DNA of 62,572 bases from an uncultured Thermoleophilia bacterium (GTDB lineage Bacteria; Actinomycetota; Thermoleophilia; UBA2241): positions 1 through 62,572 of the forward strand of contig CAIOZS010000059.1 in NCBI GenBank assembly GCA_903862845.1, given 5' to 3'. The notes below the pieces were generated by a model. It ran no database searches and was not told the origin of the DNA. It saw nothing but the letters and a program-made list of their open reading frames with translations. Of this stretch, positions 51,799-60,710 are shown in pieces. Every line of letters starts with the position of its first letter. Positions within the stretch are counted from its first letter, which is position 1. Position numbers and translations under genes: made by a program.

Positions 51799-53168
51799 GC
51801 GCGGGATCCGGCCAGACGCATGGCCGCGATGAAGCTCGCGGCCAGCGCCGGACACCGGGGCAAGGACGGGTACAGGGTCGTGGCCAGGCAGCGGCCGAGG
51901 GCGAAGCCCTCGGCCTGACCCGGCTCGCCGGCGTCGCCGACGTGATAGGCGAACGACTCCTGCTCCAGCAGGAGAAACTCGAGATCGAACAGCTCGTACA
52001 GCAGGTTTTCGCCCTCGTCGAAGGGATTGCCGCGCGCCGCCTGGACGCGCACGTAGCGGGGACGCTCATACCACTCCAGGAGCTCGGCCTCGGCGGGCAG
52101 CACGCCGGCCAGCTCATGACTGCGCCCGCGGCTGTCGGCCAGGCGACGGAGCAGCAGCAGCGCGCCGCCCCCCATCGCGAGGGTGGGCAGGCCATCGCCG
52201 ATCGCTGCGGCGAGCGCCGCCTGCAACTCCCCGTTGCCGGCGAAAGCCGGCAGCTGCTCCTCGTCGAGCTGTCCGGCGAGCAAGAGACCGCTGACGTCCG
52301 GCGGCAGCTCACGGTCGCGGGAGACATTGAGCGGCGCGAGCTCGAGTCCCATCGCCCGCAGCATGTCGACATTCTCCAGGGCGAACGGCTCCAGCGGCGG
52401 ACCCCACGCCACGGCCAGCCTCAGGCCGCCGGCGGCCGGCAGCGGCGTCAGCAGCCGCCGGGCGCGGCCGGGTAAGAAGCCTCGCCGCGACGCCGCCGCC
52501 AGGAGGTCGTCGCGCTCGAGATAGGTCCCCGCCTCGGCGCACAGGCGCTGCTCCCTGCCCTTGGGCGGCCGCGGACCGACCTCGCGAAGCGTGCCCGCCG
52601 CCGAGTACTCCCTCACGAACTGCTCGCTGGGCGATGGTGGGATCCAGCCGAGGATGGGAAGGCCGACGTCGCGCCGCAACATCTGCCCAAGCTCGGCCGC
52701 GGCGCCGCGCTCGTCGCCGCCGACGACGATCACTCCCGCGATCTCGAGGCCACCCGCGAGGGCGCGCACGCCATAGGCCGCGGCCGCCACCGTAGCTCCG
52801 CGCTCCCGGGCGTCGAGGACCAGCACCAAAGGCGCGTCGAGACCGGCGGCGATGTCGACGGCCCGCGAACCCTTCACGCCTTGCCAGCGGTCGAGCGCGG
52901 GCTGCACCGCCACGAGGAGCACGAGATCGCAGCCCTCGCTCCAGTAGTCGTAGAGCTCCAGCACGGCGGCGTCGTGAAGGGCCGGGTCGAGCACCCGGGG
53001 GGCGCGGCCCTCACCGGCGTACAGGAGCCGCCACAGCGGGAGGTCCGCGCCGATGGTGACCACGCGAACGGCGCGCTGCTCGGCGAAGCACGCCTGCAGC
53101 GCGCCTGCGGCGAGGGCCACGGCGGGGCCGGGCTCGAGCCCGCACACCACGAGCCGGGGCACAGACAT
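51795..53168 (-). CDS. CobB/CbiA (cobyrinic acid a,c-diamide synthase)-like protein lacking the P-loop and the glutaminase Cys
   Basis: 457 aa. The architecture is collinear with CbiA ('APLVLVLDARERGATVAAAAYGVRAL...IAGVIVVGG', 'LPILGWIP', 'LRLAVAWGPPLEPFALENVDMLRAMGLEL'). However 'CGLEPGPAV' replaces GxxSGxGKT and 'LAMGGG' replaces AECGG. Confidence 0.7.
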   Translation of the reverse strand: MSVPRLVVCGLEPGPAVALAAGALQACFAEQRAVRVVTIGADLPLWRLLYAGEGRAPRVLDPALHDAAVLELYDYWSEGCDLVLLVAVQPALDRWQGVKGSRAVDIAAGLDAPLVLVLDARERGATVAAAAYGVRALAGGLEIAGVIVVGGDERGAAAELGQMLRRDVGLPILGWIPPSPSEQFVREYSAAGTLREVGPRPPKGREQRLCAEAGTYLERDDLLAAASRRGFLPGRARRLLTPLPAAGGLRLAVAWGPPLEPFALENVDMLRAMGLELAPLNVSRDRELPPDVSGLLLAGQLDEEQLPAFAGNGELQAALAAAIGDGLPTLAMGGGALLLLRRLADSRGRSHELAGVLPAEAELLEWYERPRYVRVQAARGNPFDEGENLLYELFDLEFLLLEQESFAYHVGDAGEPGQAEGFALGRCLATTLYPSLPRCPALAASFIAAMRLAGSRA

Positions 53169-53302
53169 GAACGGGTCCTCCTTTCAGCCGGCCGCGCTCT
53201 CCAGACAGACGGCGGTCCGCGCAGCCGGCGGTCCGCGCGAGACGGACTTCAGGTCCCAAGGTAGAATACCTTACTCGCCCGACCCAGAGCGCGGAGGTAC
53301 GA

Positions 53303-55150
53303 GTGGAGGGGATGGACCTACGTAAACAACTGCACGACGTGCTGTGGGCTCGCGTGCTCTTCACGCTGGCCCTCCTGCTCGCCGTGCTGTGGGTCCAGAT
53401 CGATGATCACGGCCTGGTGGCCGCCGAGCTGCTGGTCTCCCTCGCGGTGGTCGTGGTCGCCAACGTGCCGTTCTTTCTGCTCGAAGAACGCGTGGAGACT
53501 CGCTACCTGGCCGCGGCCATCGTCGTCGTGGACCTCGCCCTCGTGTGCGCCGCCGTCATCTACAGCGGCGGCACCCTGAGCGCGGTGGCCGTCTTCTATG
53601 TGTGGCCCATCGTCCTCGCCACCGCGTTCCTGCCGGCCTGGGTGCCGTACGCGGCGGCGGCGGCGGCCGGCGCGTCCTTCGCCGGCATCTCCGCGCTGCA
53701 GCAGGTCGGCCGGCTCCATCCGACGCCCATGGTGGCCGAGATCGACGTGCCCGCCAGCTGGATGCTGATCACGGTGTGCTTGCACGTCGCCGCGTTCCTG
53801 CTCATCGCTCTGGTGGCCGGGCGGCTCGCCGCAGCCCTCATGCGCACCACAGTCCAGCTCAGCGGCGCCAAGGCCGACACCGACGAACAGCTGCGGCGCA
53901 TGCAGTCCACCAATGAGCAGTTCCGCGTGATGAGCGAGAGCAGCCGCGTCTTTCTGCGCCACCAGGACGTGGACGCGCTGATGCCCGAGGCGCTCACGCA
54001 GATCATGGGCGCCTCGGGCATCGGCGCGGGCTTCGCCCTCGTGCTCAACCACAACAGCGGCGAGCTCGACCTCAAGGCAGAGCACGGGCCGCTCGACGCG
54101 GCCTTCGTGCGCAAGATGAAGGAGCTCGGGATCGCCGATGTCGCCAAGGCCGGGGCGCAGCTTCACGAGGCGGCCAGCGATCCGCAGGTCAGCCGGCTTC
54201 TCAAGGCCGCCGAGAAGGGAGGTTTCCACGGCTTCCTCACGGCGCCGCTCGAGGCCAAGCATGAGCTGCTCGGCGTGGTCTGCCTGCTCTACCGTCAGAA
54301 CGAGGTCGTGCCGACCGCGGCGGTGGCCACCGTTCGCGCACTCAGCGATCAGGTGGCCCTGGTGGTGCGCAACATCCAGTACAACGAAGAGCTCGCGCGC
54401 AAGAATCGCGAGCTCACGCACCTCGATGAGCTCAAGAGCGACTTCATGGCCACCATGAGCCACGAGCTGCGCACTCCGCTCACGTCCATCATCGGCTACA
54501 GCGACATGCTCCTGAGCGGGATGACCGGCGAGCTCAACGAGAAGCAGGGCCTCTTCGTCGAGAGCATCCTCAAAGGCGGAGAAGCGCTCCTGAACCTGAT
54601 CAACGACATCCTCGACCTCACCAAGATCGAGGCCGGGCGGCTGGAGCTGAACCCGGAGTCGGTCGACCTGCGCGCGGCTCTGCTCGGCGTGCTGCCCGTC
54701 GTCAAGCCGCGCGCGCAGGACAAGAGGATTCGCATCTCGACGTTTCTGCCCACCGATCTGCCGCTGGTGTCGGCCGACCCGCCGAAGTTCAACCAGATCC
54801 TGCTCAACCTGCTCACCAACGGCATCAAGTATACGCACGACAACGGCAGTGTAAGCGTGGAGGCGCGGACCGCCGGTGACATGGTCGAGATCTGGGTGAA
54901 CGACACGGGCATCGGCATGGCCAGAGAGGATCAGGGCAAGGTCTTCCAGCGGTTCACGCAGATCGACTCCTCCGCCACGCGTACGCAGGGCGGCACGGGG
55001 CTCGGTCTCGCCATCGTCAAGGAGCTCGTAGAGCTGCACGGCGGCACCATCCGCGTGCAGAGCAAGCTCGGCAAAGGCTCCAGCTTTATCTTCACCATGC
55101 CGATATCAACCAAGCCCGCCGATCCGCTGGCGGCCGGCAAGATCAGTTGA
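53303..55150 (+). CDS. Sensor histidine kinase (multi-TM sensor, GAF-like domain, HisKA, HATPase_c)
   Basis: The GTG at 53303 is preceded by GGAGG (53293-53297). About 6 TM segments. H-box 'SHELRTPLTSIIGY', N-box 'NLLTNGIKYT', then 'DTGIGM' and 'GGTGLGLAIV'. Confidence 0.9.
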   Translation: MEGMDLRKQLHDVLWARVLFTLALLLAVLWVQIDDHGLVAAELLVSLAVVVVANVPFFLLEERVETRYLAAAIVVVDLALVCAAVIYSGGTLSAVAVFYVWPIVLATAFLPAWVPYAAAAAAGASFAGISALQQVGRLHPTPMVAEIDVPASWMLITVCLHVAAFLLIALVAGRLAAALMRTTVQLSGAKADTDEQLRRMQSTNEQFRVMSESSRVFLRHQDVDALMPEALTQIMGASGIGAGFALVLNHNSGELDLKAEHGPLDAAFVRKMKELGIADVAKAGAQLHEAASDPQVSRLLKAAEKGGFHGFLTAPLEAKHELLGVVCLLYRQNEVVPTAAVATVRALSDQVALVVRNIQYNEELARKNRELTHLDELKSDFMATMSHELRTPLTSIIGYSDMLLSGMTGELNEKQGLFVESILKGGEALLNLINDILDLTKIEAGRLELNPESVDLRAALLGVLPVVKPRAQDKRIRISTFLPTDLPLVSADPPKFNQILLNLLTNGIKYTHDNGSVSVEARTAGDMVEIWVNDTGIGMAREDQGKVFQRFTQIDSSATRTQGGTGLGLAIVKELVELHGGTIRVQSKLGKGSSFIFTMPISTKPADPLAAGKIS

Positions 55151-55163
55151 GGAGGTGCGCGCC

Positions 55164-55532
55164 GTGGGCAAGGCCATCCTGGTAGCAGACGACGACCCCG
55201 ACATCCTGAGCATCGTGTCGATGTCGCTTGAGGCGCAGGGCTACACGGTCTACAGGGCGGCGAACGGACGCGAGGCGGTCGATCTCGCCAAGCAGCATCA
55301 TCCGGACCTTCTGCTCATGGACATGATGATGCCGATCGTGAGCGGCTACGAGGCCGTGACCGAGCTCAAGGCCGACGCGGCGACCCGCGACATCACCATT
55401 GTCGGCCTCTCCGCGAAAGCCATGGCCACCGACATGGAACGCGCCACGGCCGCCGGCATCGACGGCTATATCACGAAGCCCTTCCGCATCGCCCAGGTGC
55501 TCACCGTCGTCGAGAGCTATCTGCAAGGCTGA
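55164..55532 (+). CDS. Single-domain response regulator (CheY-like receiver)
   Basis: 'ILVADDDPDI', 'DLLLMDMMMPIVSG' and 'GYITKPF'. The GTG at 55164 lies 8 nt after GGAGG (55151-55155). The track start at 55155 lies within the SD. Confidence 0.88.
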   Translation: MGKAILVADDDPDILSIVSMSLEAQGYTVYRAANGREAVDLAKQHHPDLLLMDMMMPIVSGYEAVTELKADAATRDITIVGLSAKAMATDMERATAAGIDGYITKPFRIAQVLTVVESYLQG

Positions 55533-55536
55533 GCGC

Positions 55537-55585
55537 CGCCGGCTCCTGCCCGCTGCCGCACGCCGGCAGCGGGCAGGAGCCGGCG
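55537..55585 (+). terminator. Long GC hairpin after the receiver gene (terminator candidate, no U-tract)
   Basis: A ~22-bp perfect stem, CGCCGGCTCCTGCCCGCTGCCG-cacgc-CGGCAGCGGGCAGGAGCCGGCG, starts 5 nt after the stop at 55532. Confidence 0.55.
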
Positions 55586-55611
55586 CATGTGCGGCGAAAA
55601 GTCACACGATC

Positions 55612-55791
55612 ATGACGCACTCCCCTCGCATCACCCTGCAGCCCATGCTCTGCGTCGCCGAGGTGGACACCCGACTGACGTGCAGTACCTACTGCGCCGT
55701 GTGCCCTTACTACGTGCGCGACCGGCGGATCGGAGAACGGCGCTGCCACCCGCGGCGCACCCACGACCGCCGCATCCTCGGCCGTCTCTGA
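55612..55791 (+). CDS. Small Cys- and Arg-rich hypothetical protein (59 aa) with a DRRxGERR motif
   Basis: ATG at 55612. The product is 'MTHSPRITLQPMLCVAEVDTRLTCSTYCAVCPYYVRDRRIGERRCHPRRTHDRRILGRL'. About 90% G/C at third positions supports coding. No clear SD. Confidence 0.4.
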   Translation: MTHSPRITLQPMLCVAEVDTRLTCSTYCAVCPYYVRDRRIGERRCHPRRTHDRRILGRL

Positions 55792-56025
55792 ACGCCGCCC
55801 GCGCGGCGGATCGACCAGCGCAGTCGGGTCGATGCGGGGGGGAACCGGGGCGCACGTCGCGAACCGGGGGCTCCGCACGCTAAGCCCCTCCTCAGATGCG
55901 GCGGCCTATCATGGAAGGCGCTCATCTGCCGATATCGGAAGTACTCGCATTCCTACGAGAGGCGCGCCACGTCGGACAGGCCTGGTGATCAGCGTCGAGG
56001 CGGCAGCCTCGGCTACAAGCGCGGG

Positions 56026-57435
56026 GTGAGCCTTCAGCTCAAGACGACCGCGGTCGTGGCGCTCGCCCTGGGCGCCTTCTTCTACGTCGTCACCCACTGG
56101 ATCGACCTTCAGTCCACCTGGCAGCTTGCCGCCGCGGTGCTCGTCGTGTTCGCGCTCATCGCTCTGATGCTCGACCTGTTGGTCTACCGGCCTCTCAATG
56201 GGCTGATCCGGCGCTCTCGCCGAAGGCTCGGCGGCAACTACGAACGCAACGACCCCTACTATCGCGACGAGACCCGCGAGCTCAAGTATCTCGTCGGCAT
56301 GCTCATCGCCGTCTTCACGGCCGCCGACGACAAGGAGTGGGTGTCGCAGGGCGTGAAGGCGGAGTCACAGGGCATCAAAGCGGAGTCGCAGAGCATCAAG
56401 GCGGACCTCGAACGCATGCAGGCGCTGAACCGGCAGCTCATGGACGTCGGCGAGCTCGGCAAGGAGATGAACGCCGCCCTCCCGTACAACGAGACGGTGG
56501 CGCGCGTGCTGTCGCGGAGCAGCGCTTTCCTGCACGCGGACTTCGCGGCACTGCTCCTGCTCGACGCCGACGCGCGCGCGTTCTCCGTCGAGGGCTCGTA
56601 CGGCGTCCTCTCCCCCACGCTCTCCGCCGAGTGCTGCGCCTTCGCCCCGGACTGCCCCGTGCGCCAGGCGATCGCCGGCGGCCGGCTCACGCGCACCAGC
56701 GACCACACCTGCACGCTCTTCCCTCACACCATGAAGGGCCAGCTCGTGATCCCCGTCAGCGTCGAGAACATGGGGGACATGGCTGTGCTCGCGACCTCCA
56801 CATCGGGCGACTACGTCGCTCTGCTCCCCGACGACATCCTCGTGGCGCTGCAGAACCACGTGCAGAGCGCGCTGACAAACGCCCACAAGTACAACGCCAT
56901 CCGCCGTCAGGTCGTCACCGATCACCTCACGAGCCTCTACAACCGGCGGTACTTCATGAACCGCGCCGCCGAGGAGATCGCGCGAAGCCTGCGCCACCAG
57001 GCGCCGCTGAGCGTCCTCATGGTCGACATCGACCATTTCAAGGACTTCAACGACACGTACGGCCACGCCACCGGCGACCACGTGCTGCAGACGGTCGCAC
57101 GGGCCATGCAGGACGCCCTGCGCAAGCCGGACATCTGCGCCAGGCACGGCGGCGAGGAGTTCGCCGTCTTGCTGCCGAACACGCCCGGCGAGAACGCCTT
57201 CTTCGTGGCCGAGCGCATGCGCCGCACGTTGAGCGGCACGCGCTACACCGGCCTCGGGCTCCCGGCTGATGCCAACATCACGATCAGCGTCGGCGTGGCC
57301 ACCTGCCCGCGCGACGCCACCGACCTCGACGCGCTCATGGAGCTCGCCGACAAGGCGCTGTATCTCGCCAAGGATTTGGGGCGCGACAAGGTGGTGCAAC
57401 ACGGCGTCGAGGAGCGCGAGCGAGTCAGGAACTGA
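56026..57435 (+). CDS. Diguanylate cyclase (TM, coiled region, GAF-like, GGDEF with an intact GGEEF and I-site)
   Basis: 'DHLTSLYNRRYF', 'VDIDHFKDFNDTYGHATGDHVL' and 'RKPDICARHGGEEFAVLL' (RxxD five residues before GGEEF). Two N-terminal TM segments. Confidence 0.9.
   Translation: MSLQLKTTAVVALALGAFFYVVTHWIDLQSTWQLAAAVLVVFALIALMLDLLVYRPLNGLIRRSRRRLGGNYERNDPYYRDETRELKYLVGMLIAVFTAADDKEWVSQGVKAESQGIKAESQSIKADLERMQALNRQLMDVGELGKEMNAALPYNETVARVLSRSSAFLHADFAALLLLDADARAFSVEGSYGVLSPTLSAECCAFAPDCPVRQAIAGGRLTRTSDHTCTLFPHTMKGQLVIPVSVENMGDMAVLATSTSGDYVALLPDDILVALQNHVQSALTNAHKYNAIRRQVVTDHLTSLYNRRYFMNRAAEEIARSLRHQAPLSVLMVDIDHFKDFNDTYGHATGDHVLQTVARAMQDALRKPDICARHGGEEFAVLLPNTPGENAFFVAERMRRTLSGTRYTGLGLPADANITISVGVATCPRDATDLDALMELADKALYLAKDLGRDKVVQHGVEERERVRN
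56347..56409 (+). repeat. Three tandem 21-bp coding repeats (QGVKAES/QGIKAES/QSIKADL) in the diguanylate cyclase linker
   Basis: Units start at 56347, 56368 and 56389. They form a heptad-like periodic segment between the TM region and the GAF-like domain. Confidence 0.8.
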
Positions 57436-59113
57436 GGCGCGCCGCCGCAGGCGGCGGCGCGAGACCCATCCCCCAGGCGATGACCGCCGGCGGCAAGCAA
57501 CCCCAGCTCAGCAGGCGATCGTGGAAGTCCCGCAGGGAGCCGCCCCGCCGGCGTTCGTAGAGCGCCGCGAGACGCTGCACCTCGCGCTTGCCGAGCAGAT
57601 AGCTCATGGCCTGACCCGGCTCGCTCGCGTAGCGCCGGCACTCAAGCTCGGCCTCGTAGCGGTTCATGTGCGCCTCGGCGCACAGATAGTTGACGGCCGC
57701 CGGCAGGTCCATGACCCCCAGATGCAGCTCGACGTCGATGACCACCCGGCAGGCACGCCACACCTGGTCGTTGAGGCGCATAAGGCGCGCTGCCGGGTCG
57801 GCAAGCAGACCCTGCTGCTCCATGAGCTCCTCGCAGTAGAACGCCCAGCCCTCGACGAGGATGTTGCCGCCGCTGGGGATGTGGGCGATGCGGCGCGCGA
57901 GGGTCGTCGCGCGATTGGCGCTCACGAGCTGCAGGTGATGGCCGGGGTACGCTTCGTGCACGCCGGTCGTGGCCAGCGAGGCGCGGGGATGACTCCGCAG
58001 CGCCGCCTCCCGCTCTGCTGCGGGCAGGCCGTCGCGCGGCGGCGTGACGTAGTAGAAGCCGAGCTGGCGAGCGTCGTAGGGACCGGGCGGATCGTAGGCG
58101 GCGAAGGGCAGCAGGCTGCGCAGGAAGGTAGGGGTTGCCATGACGGCGAGCTCCTCGCCGGGCGGTAGACTGACGATGTCGCGAGCGGCGACGTGCGCTC
58201 GCGCGGCCATCACGGCGCGCCGGTAGGCGGCCACAAGGTCGTCCGCCGCCGGGTGGTCCGCCTGAAGCGCGGCCACGGCCGACGCCGCGTCGCCGTGGCC
58301 GAGCCGGGCCGCGACCTCCTCCATGTCGTCTTTGGTCGCGGCCAGCACCTCGCGCCCGTAGCGCGCCAGCTCCTCGGGCGCGTCGTCGAGCACATGCTCC
58401 CAGCGCAAAATGTCCTCGAGCACGAGGCGGCCGGCGCCGCACTCCACCGCGGCCCCAGGCAGCAGACCGTCGTGCAGATGGCGGCGAAAAGCCGCGAGCG
58501 CCGCGCAGGCCGTCTGCGAAGCCCGATCGAGGGCGCCCTCTTGACCGGCACTGGCGGCAAAGGCACAGGCCGTGGGCCCGGCCAGATCGAGGAGCCCGTC
58601 GACTTGGTCAAGACCCGCGCGGACCAAGGCCAGCGGCAGCCCCGGCTCGAGGTTGACGCGCGCCTCTTCCAGCAGGCCCGGCGTGGCGCCCAGCCTGCCG
58701 GCGAGCGCCTCGACACGCTCGGCCGGCGATCCGAGCTCGCGGGCGAGCAGCGGGAAGAGACCGGAGAGGACGTCGAGGTAGGCCCCGGGACAACGGTGCT
58801 GGACGCGACGCAGCTCGAGATCGCGAAGCTGCCGGCGCGCGATCTGCAGGCCGGCAAAGGCGTCGACCGCCGTCGCCACCTCCTTGTCGCGGAGCAAGGG
58901 CAGAAGGGTGCGCTCATGGCGGCGGAGCATGCCGATGCGCCGCGCGACCGCCTCCGCCGACCACGAGGGCAGCCGGCCGGCTGAGGCGGTCAGGCCGAGC
59001 CCGGTAGCGAGGACCGGATTGTCGGCGAGGAGATCGTCGAGGAACGCCTGGATGGCCGGCTCCGCAGCGCTCGGCGCGCCGGGCCGCGCTGCACCCGCTC
59101 TCACGTCTGACAT
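57425..59113 (-). CDS. DUF885-family protein (putative metallopeptidase-like, HExxPGHH)
   Basis: 562 aa from the ATG at 59113, preceded by GGAGG. 'HEAYPGHHLQ' and 'FYYVTPP' are DUF885 hallmarks. The track extension to 59362 overlaps the upstream gene. Confidence 0.85.
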   Translation of the reverse strand: MSDVRAGAARPGAPSAAEPAIQAFLDDLLADNPVLATGLGLTASAGRLPSWSAEAVARRIGMLRRHERTLLPLLRDKEVATAVDAFAGLQIARRQLRDLELRRVQHRCPGAYLDVLSGLFPLLARELGSPAERVEALAGRLGATPGLLEEARVNLEPGLPLALVRAGLDQVDGLLDLAGPTACAFAASAGQEGALDRASQTACAALAAFRRHLHDGLLPGAAVECGAGRLVLEDILRWEHVLDDAPEELARYGREVLAATKDDMEEVAARLGHGDAASAVAALQADHPAADDLVAAYRRAVMAARAHVAARDIVSLPPGEELAVMATPTFLRSLLPFAAYDPPGPYDARQLGFYYVTPPRDGLPAAEREAALRSHPRASLATTGVHEAYPGHHLQLVSANRATTLARRIAHIPSGGNILVEGWAFYCEELMEQQGLLADPAARLMRLNDQVWRACRVVIDVELHLGVMDLPAAVNYLCAEAHMNRYEAELECRRYASEPGQAMSYLLGKREVQRLAALYERRRGGSLRDFHDRLLSWGCLPPAVIAWGMGLAPPPAAARLSS

Positions 59114-60648
59114 GATTGACCTCCGTTGATGGCACGCGCGCCGCCTTGGGGAGACGGCCCGGCGAGCGCCGCGCGCGCCTCGTCGAGCAAGCGCCGCGGA
59201 TCGGGCCACTCGCTCAGGCCGAGCGCGCGGCCAGCCTCGTCGATGAGGCCGCAGAGCCTCGCTTCGACGTCGGCGGGCAGGCCCGCGGGCTCGTCGGCAA
59301 GATGCATCCACATGCGCTCGCGCGCCGCCTCCAGGACGTTGGTGCGCCCACGCGAGAGCCACTCCTGGAGGCCGCCATGGTAGGAGAGGGAAGTCGGGCA
59401 GGCTTCGCTACGCAGGTAGGTGCGCGTCTGTCGCACGCCGAGAAAGCTGCCCGCGAGAACACCCTCGACGAGCGCCTCGACGTCGAGCGCCTCGGCGTCC
59501 CAGGGGCGCTCCTCGAGGGCGTAGAACAGGTAGCCGAGGATCTCGTCGTCGATCTCGATCTGCTCGAGGCCGGCGGCTACCACCGAGTGCAGGCCGCCGA
59601 CCCCCGAGAGGTAGCGCGGACGCGCCAAGGCGCCCAGCAAGCCGTTGATGGCGCGCTCGTAGCCGTTCTGCGCGTCCACGACCTTGGCGTCGGTGGCCAG
59701 TCCGTAGCAGTCGCAGGGCAGGCCGCAGCGGCGCGCCAGAAGCGTGGCGCCGGCGGCGCAGAGGCCGAGGACCGGCGTGCCCCACAGGGCCGTGCCGGTG
59801 CGCGGGTCGCTCGCCTGCAGCCGAGGACCGTAGAAGCACGGCGTGCCCGGGTTCACGGCCTGCACGACGACTACCCCCGCCAGCACCTCGGCGTGCTGCT
59901 GCGCCAGCGCCGCGGCCAGCGCGGCGGGGCCGGTCGTGCCGGCGGTGGGCGCCGGGAGGATCTGGCAGACGGCGCCGGCCCGCGCGGCCACAACGAGACC
60001 CTCGCCGACCTCGCCGCCGAGCTGCAAGGGGGACACCGGCGAGAAATACACGCTGAGCCGGCGCGCGCCGCGGGCCGCGCCGTCCCCCACGACGGCGTCC
60101 GCCATCTCGAGCAGATACTCGACCTGCGCGGCGAGCGACACTCCAGGACCGCCGATGCACTTGTCCGACTCGCTCGCCAGGGCAAGGTAAGAGTAGAGCG
60201 GCGCGAGGACGCCGGGCACGTCCTGCGGCGAGAGCAGCGGATTGAGCGAGTGCTGGTTTCGGAGGTGGTGCATGAGCCGGCCGGCGGCCACCTGGTCGGC
60301 GAAGGTCGACGGCCGCGGCCGGCCCGTCGATGGATCCAGGACGAGCGCCGTCTCGCCGGTGTTGTGGACGTACACCGGCCCAGGGTCGGGGTCGATCGCG
60401 AGGTCGTTGGCGGGGTCGCGCGCGCCCTCGGTGAATTCGCGCGGGCAAGCTGCCAGCGCCTCGGCGACCACGGCGCCGGGAATGAGCACGCGGTCGCCCA
60501 CGCCGGCGGTGCAGCCGGCGCCCAGCATGAGCGTGCGCAGCGCCGGCGAGGGCGCCTTGACGCCCACGCGCCTGAGCACCTCGAGAGCGGCCGCATGGAT
60601 CGCCGCGAGGGCCTCGTCCGACCACGACGGCGAGACTCCCGCGCGCAT
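59101..60648 (-). CDS. MttB-superfamily methyltransferase, non-pyrrolysine type (quaternary-amine:corrinoid methyltransferase-like)
   Basis: 515 aa from the ATG at 60648. 'SDEALAAIHAAALEVLRRVGV' has the MttB-type N-terminus, and the protein is TIM-barrel length. There is no in-frame TAG. The track extension to 61113 overlaps the SBP gene. Confidence 0.75.
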   Translation of the reverse strand: MRAGVSPSWSDEALAAIHAAALEVLRRVGVKAPSPALRTLMLGAGCTAGVGDRVLIPGAVVAEALAACPREFTEGARDPANDLAIDPDPGPVYVHNTGETALVLDPSTGRPRPSTFADQVAAGRLMHHLRNQHSLNPLLSPQDVPGVLAPLYSYLALASESDKCIGGPGVSLAAQVEYLLEMADAVVGDGAARGARRLSVYFSPVSPLQLGGEVGEGLVVAARAGAVCQILPAPTAGTTGPAALAAALAQQHAEVLAGVVVVQAVNPGTPCFYGPRLQASDPRTGTALWGTPVLGLCAAGATLLARRCGLPCDCYGLATDAKVVDAQNGYERAINGLLGALARPRYLSGVGGLHSVVAAGLEQIEIDDEILGYLFYALEERPWDAEALDVEALVEGVLAGSFLGVRQTRTYLRSEACPTSLSYHGGLQEWLSRGRTNVLEAARERMWMHLADEPAGLPADVEARLCGLIDEAGRALGLSEWPDPRRLLDEARAALAGPSPQGGARAINGGQSCQT

Positions 60649-60710
60649 CAGCGAGCGCGGAGAGGCAGATCCCTTCAATGCCTGCCCCTCCCCCGCCTGG
60701 TGATCGCGGC

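Noticed and set aside
57438-57462. GC hairpin (CGCGCCGCCGC-ag-GCGGCGGCGCG) as a terminator between the convergent GGDEF and DUF885 genes
   Set aside because: It lies inside the last codons of the DUF885 ORF, which overlaps the GGDEF gene by 11 nt. It could still act as a terminator but cannot be separated from coding sequence, so it is not listed as a feature.
59101-60648. Pyrrolysine (in-frame TAG) in the MttB homolog
   Set aside because: There is no in-frame amber codon between the chosen start and stop. It is a non-Pyl MttB-superfamily member.
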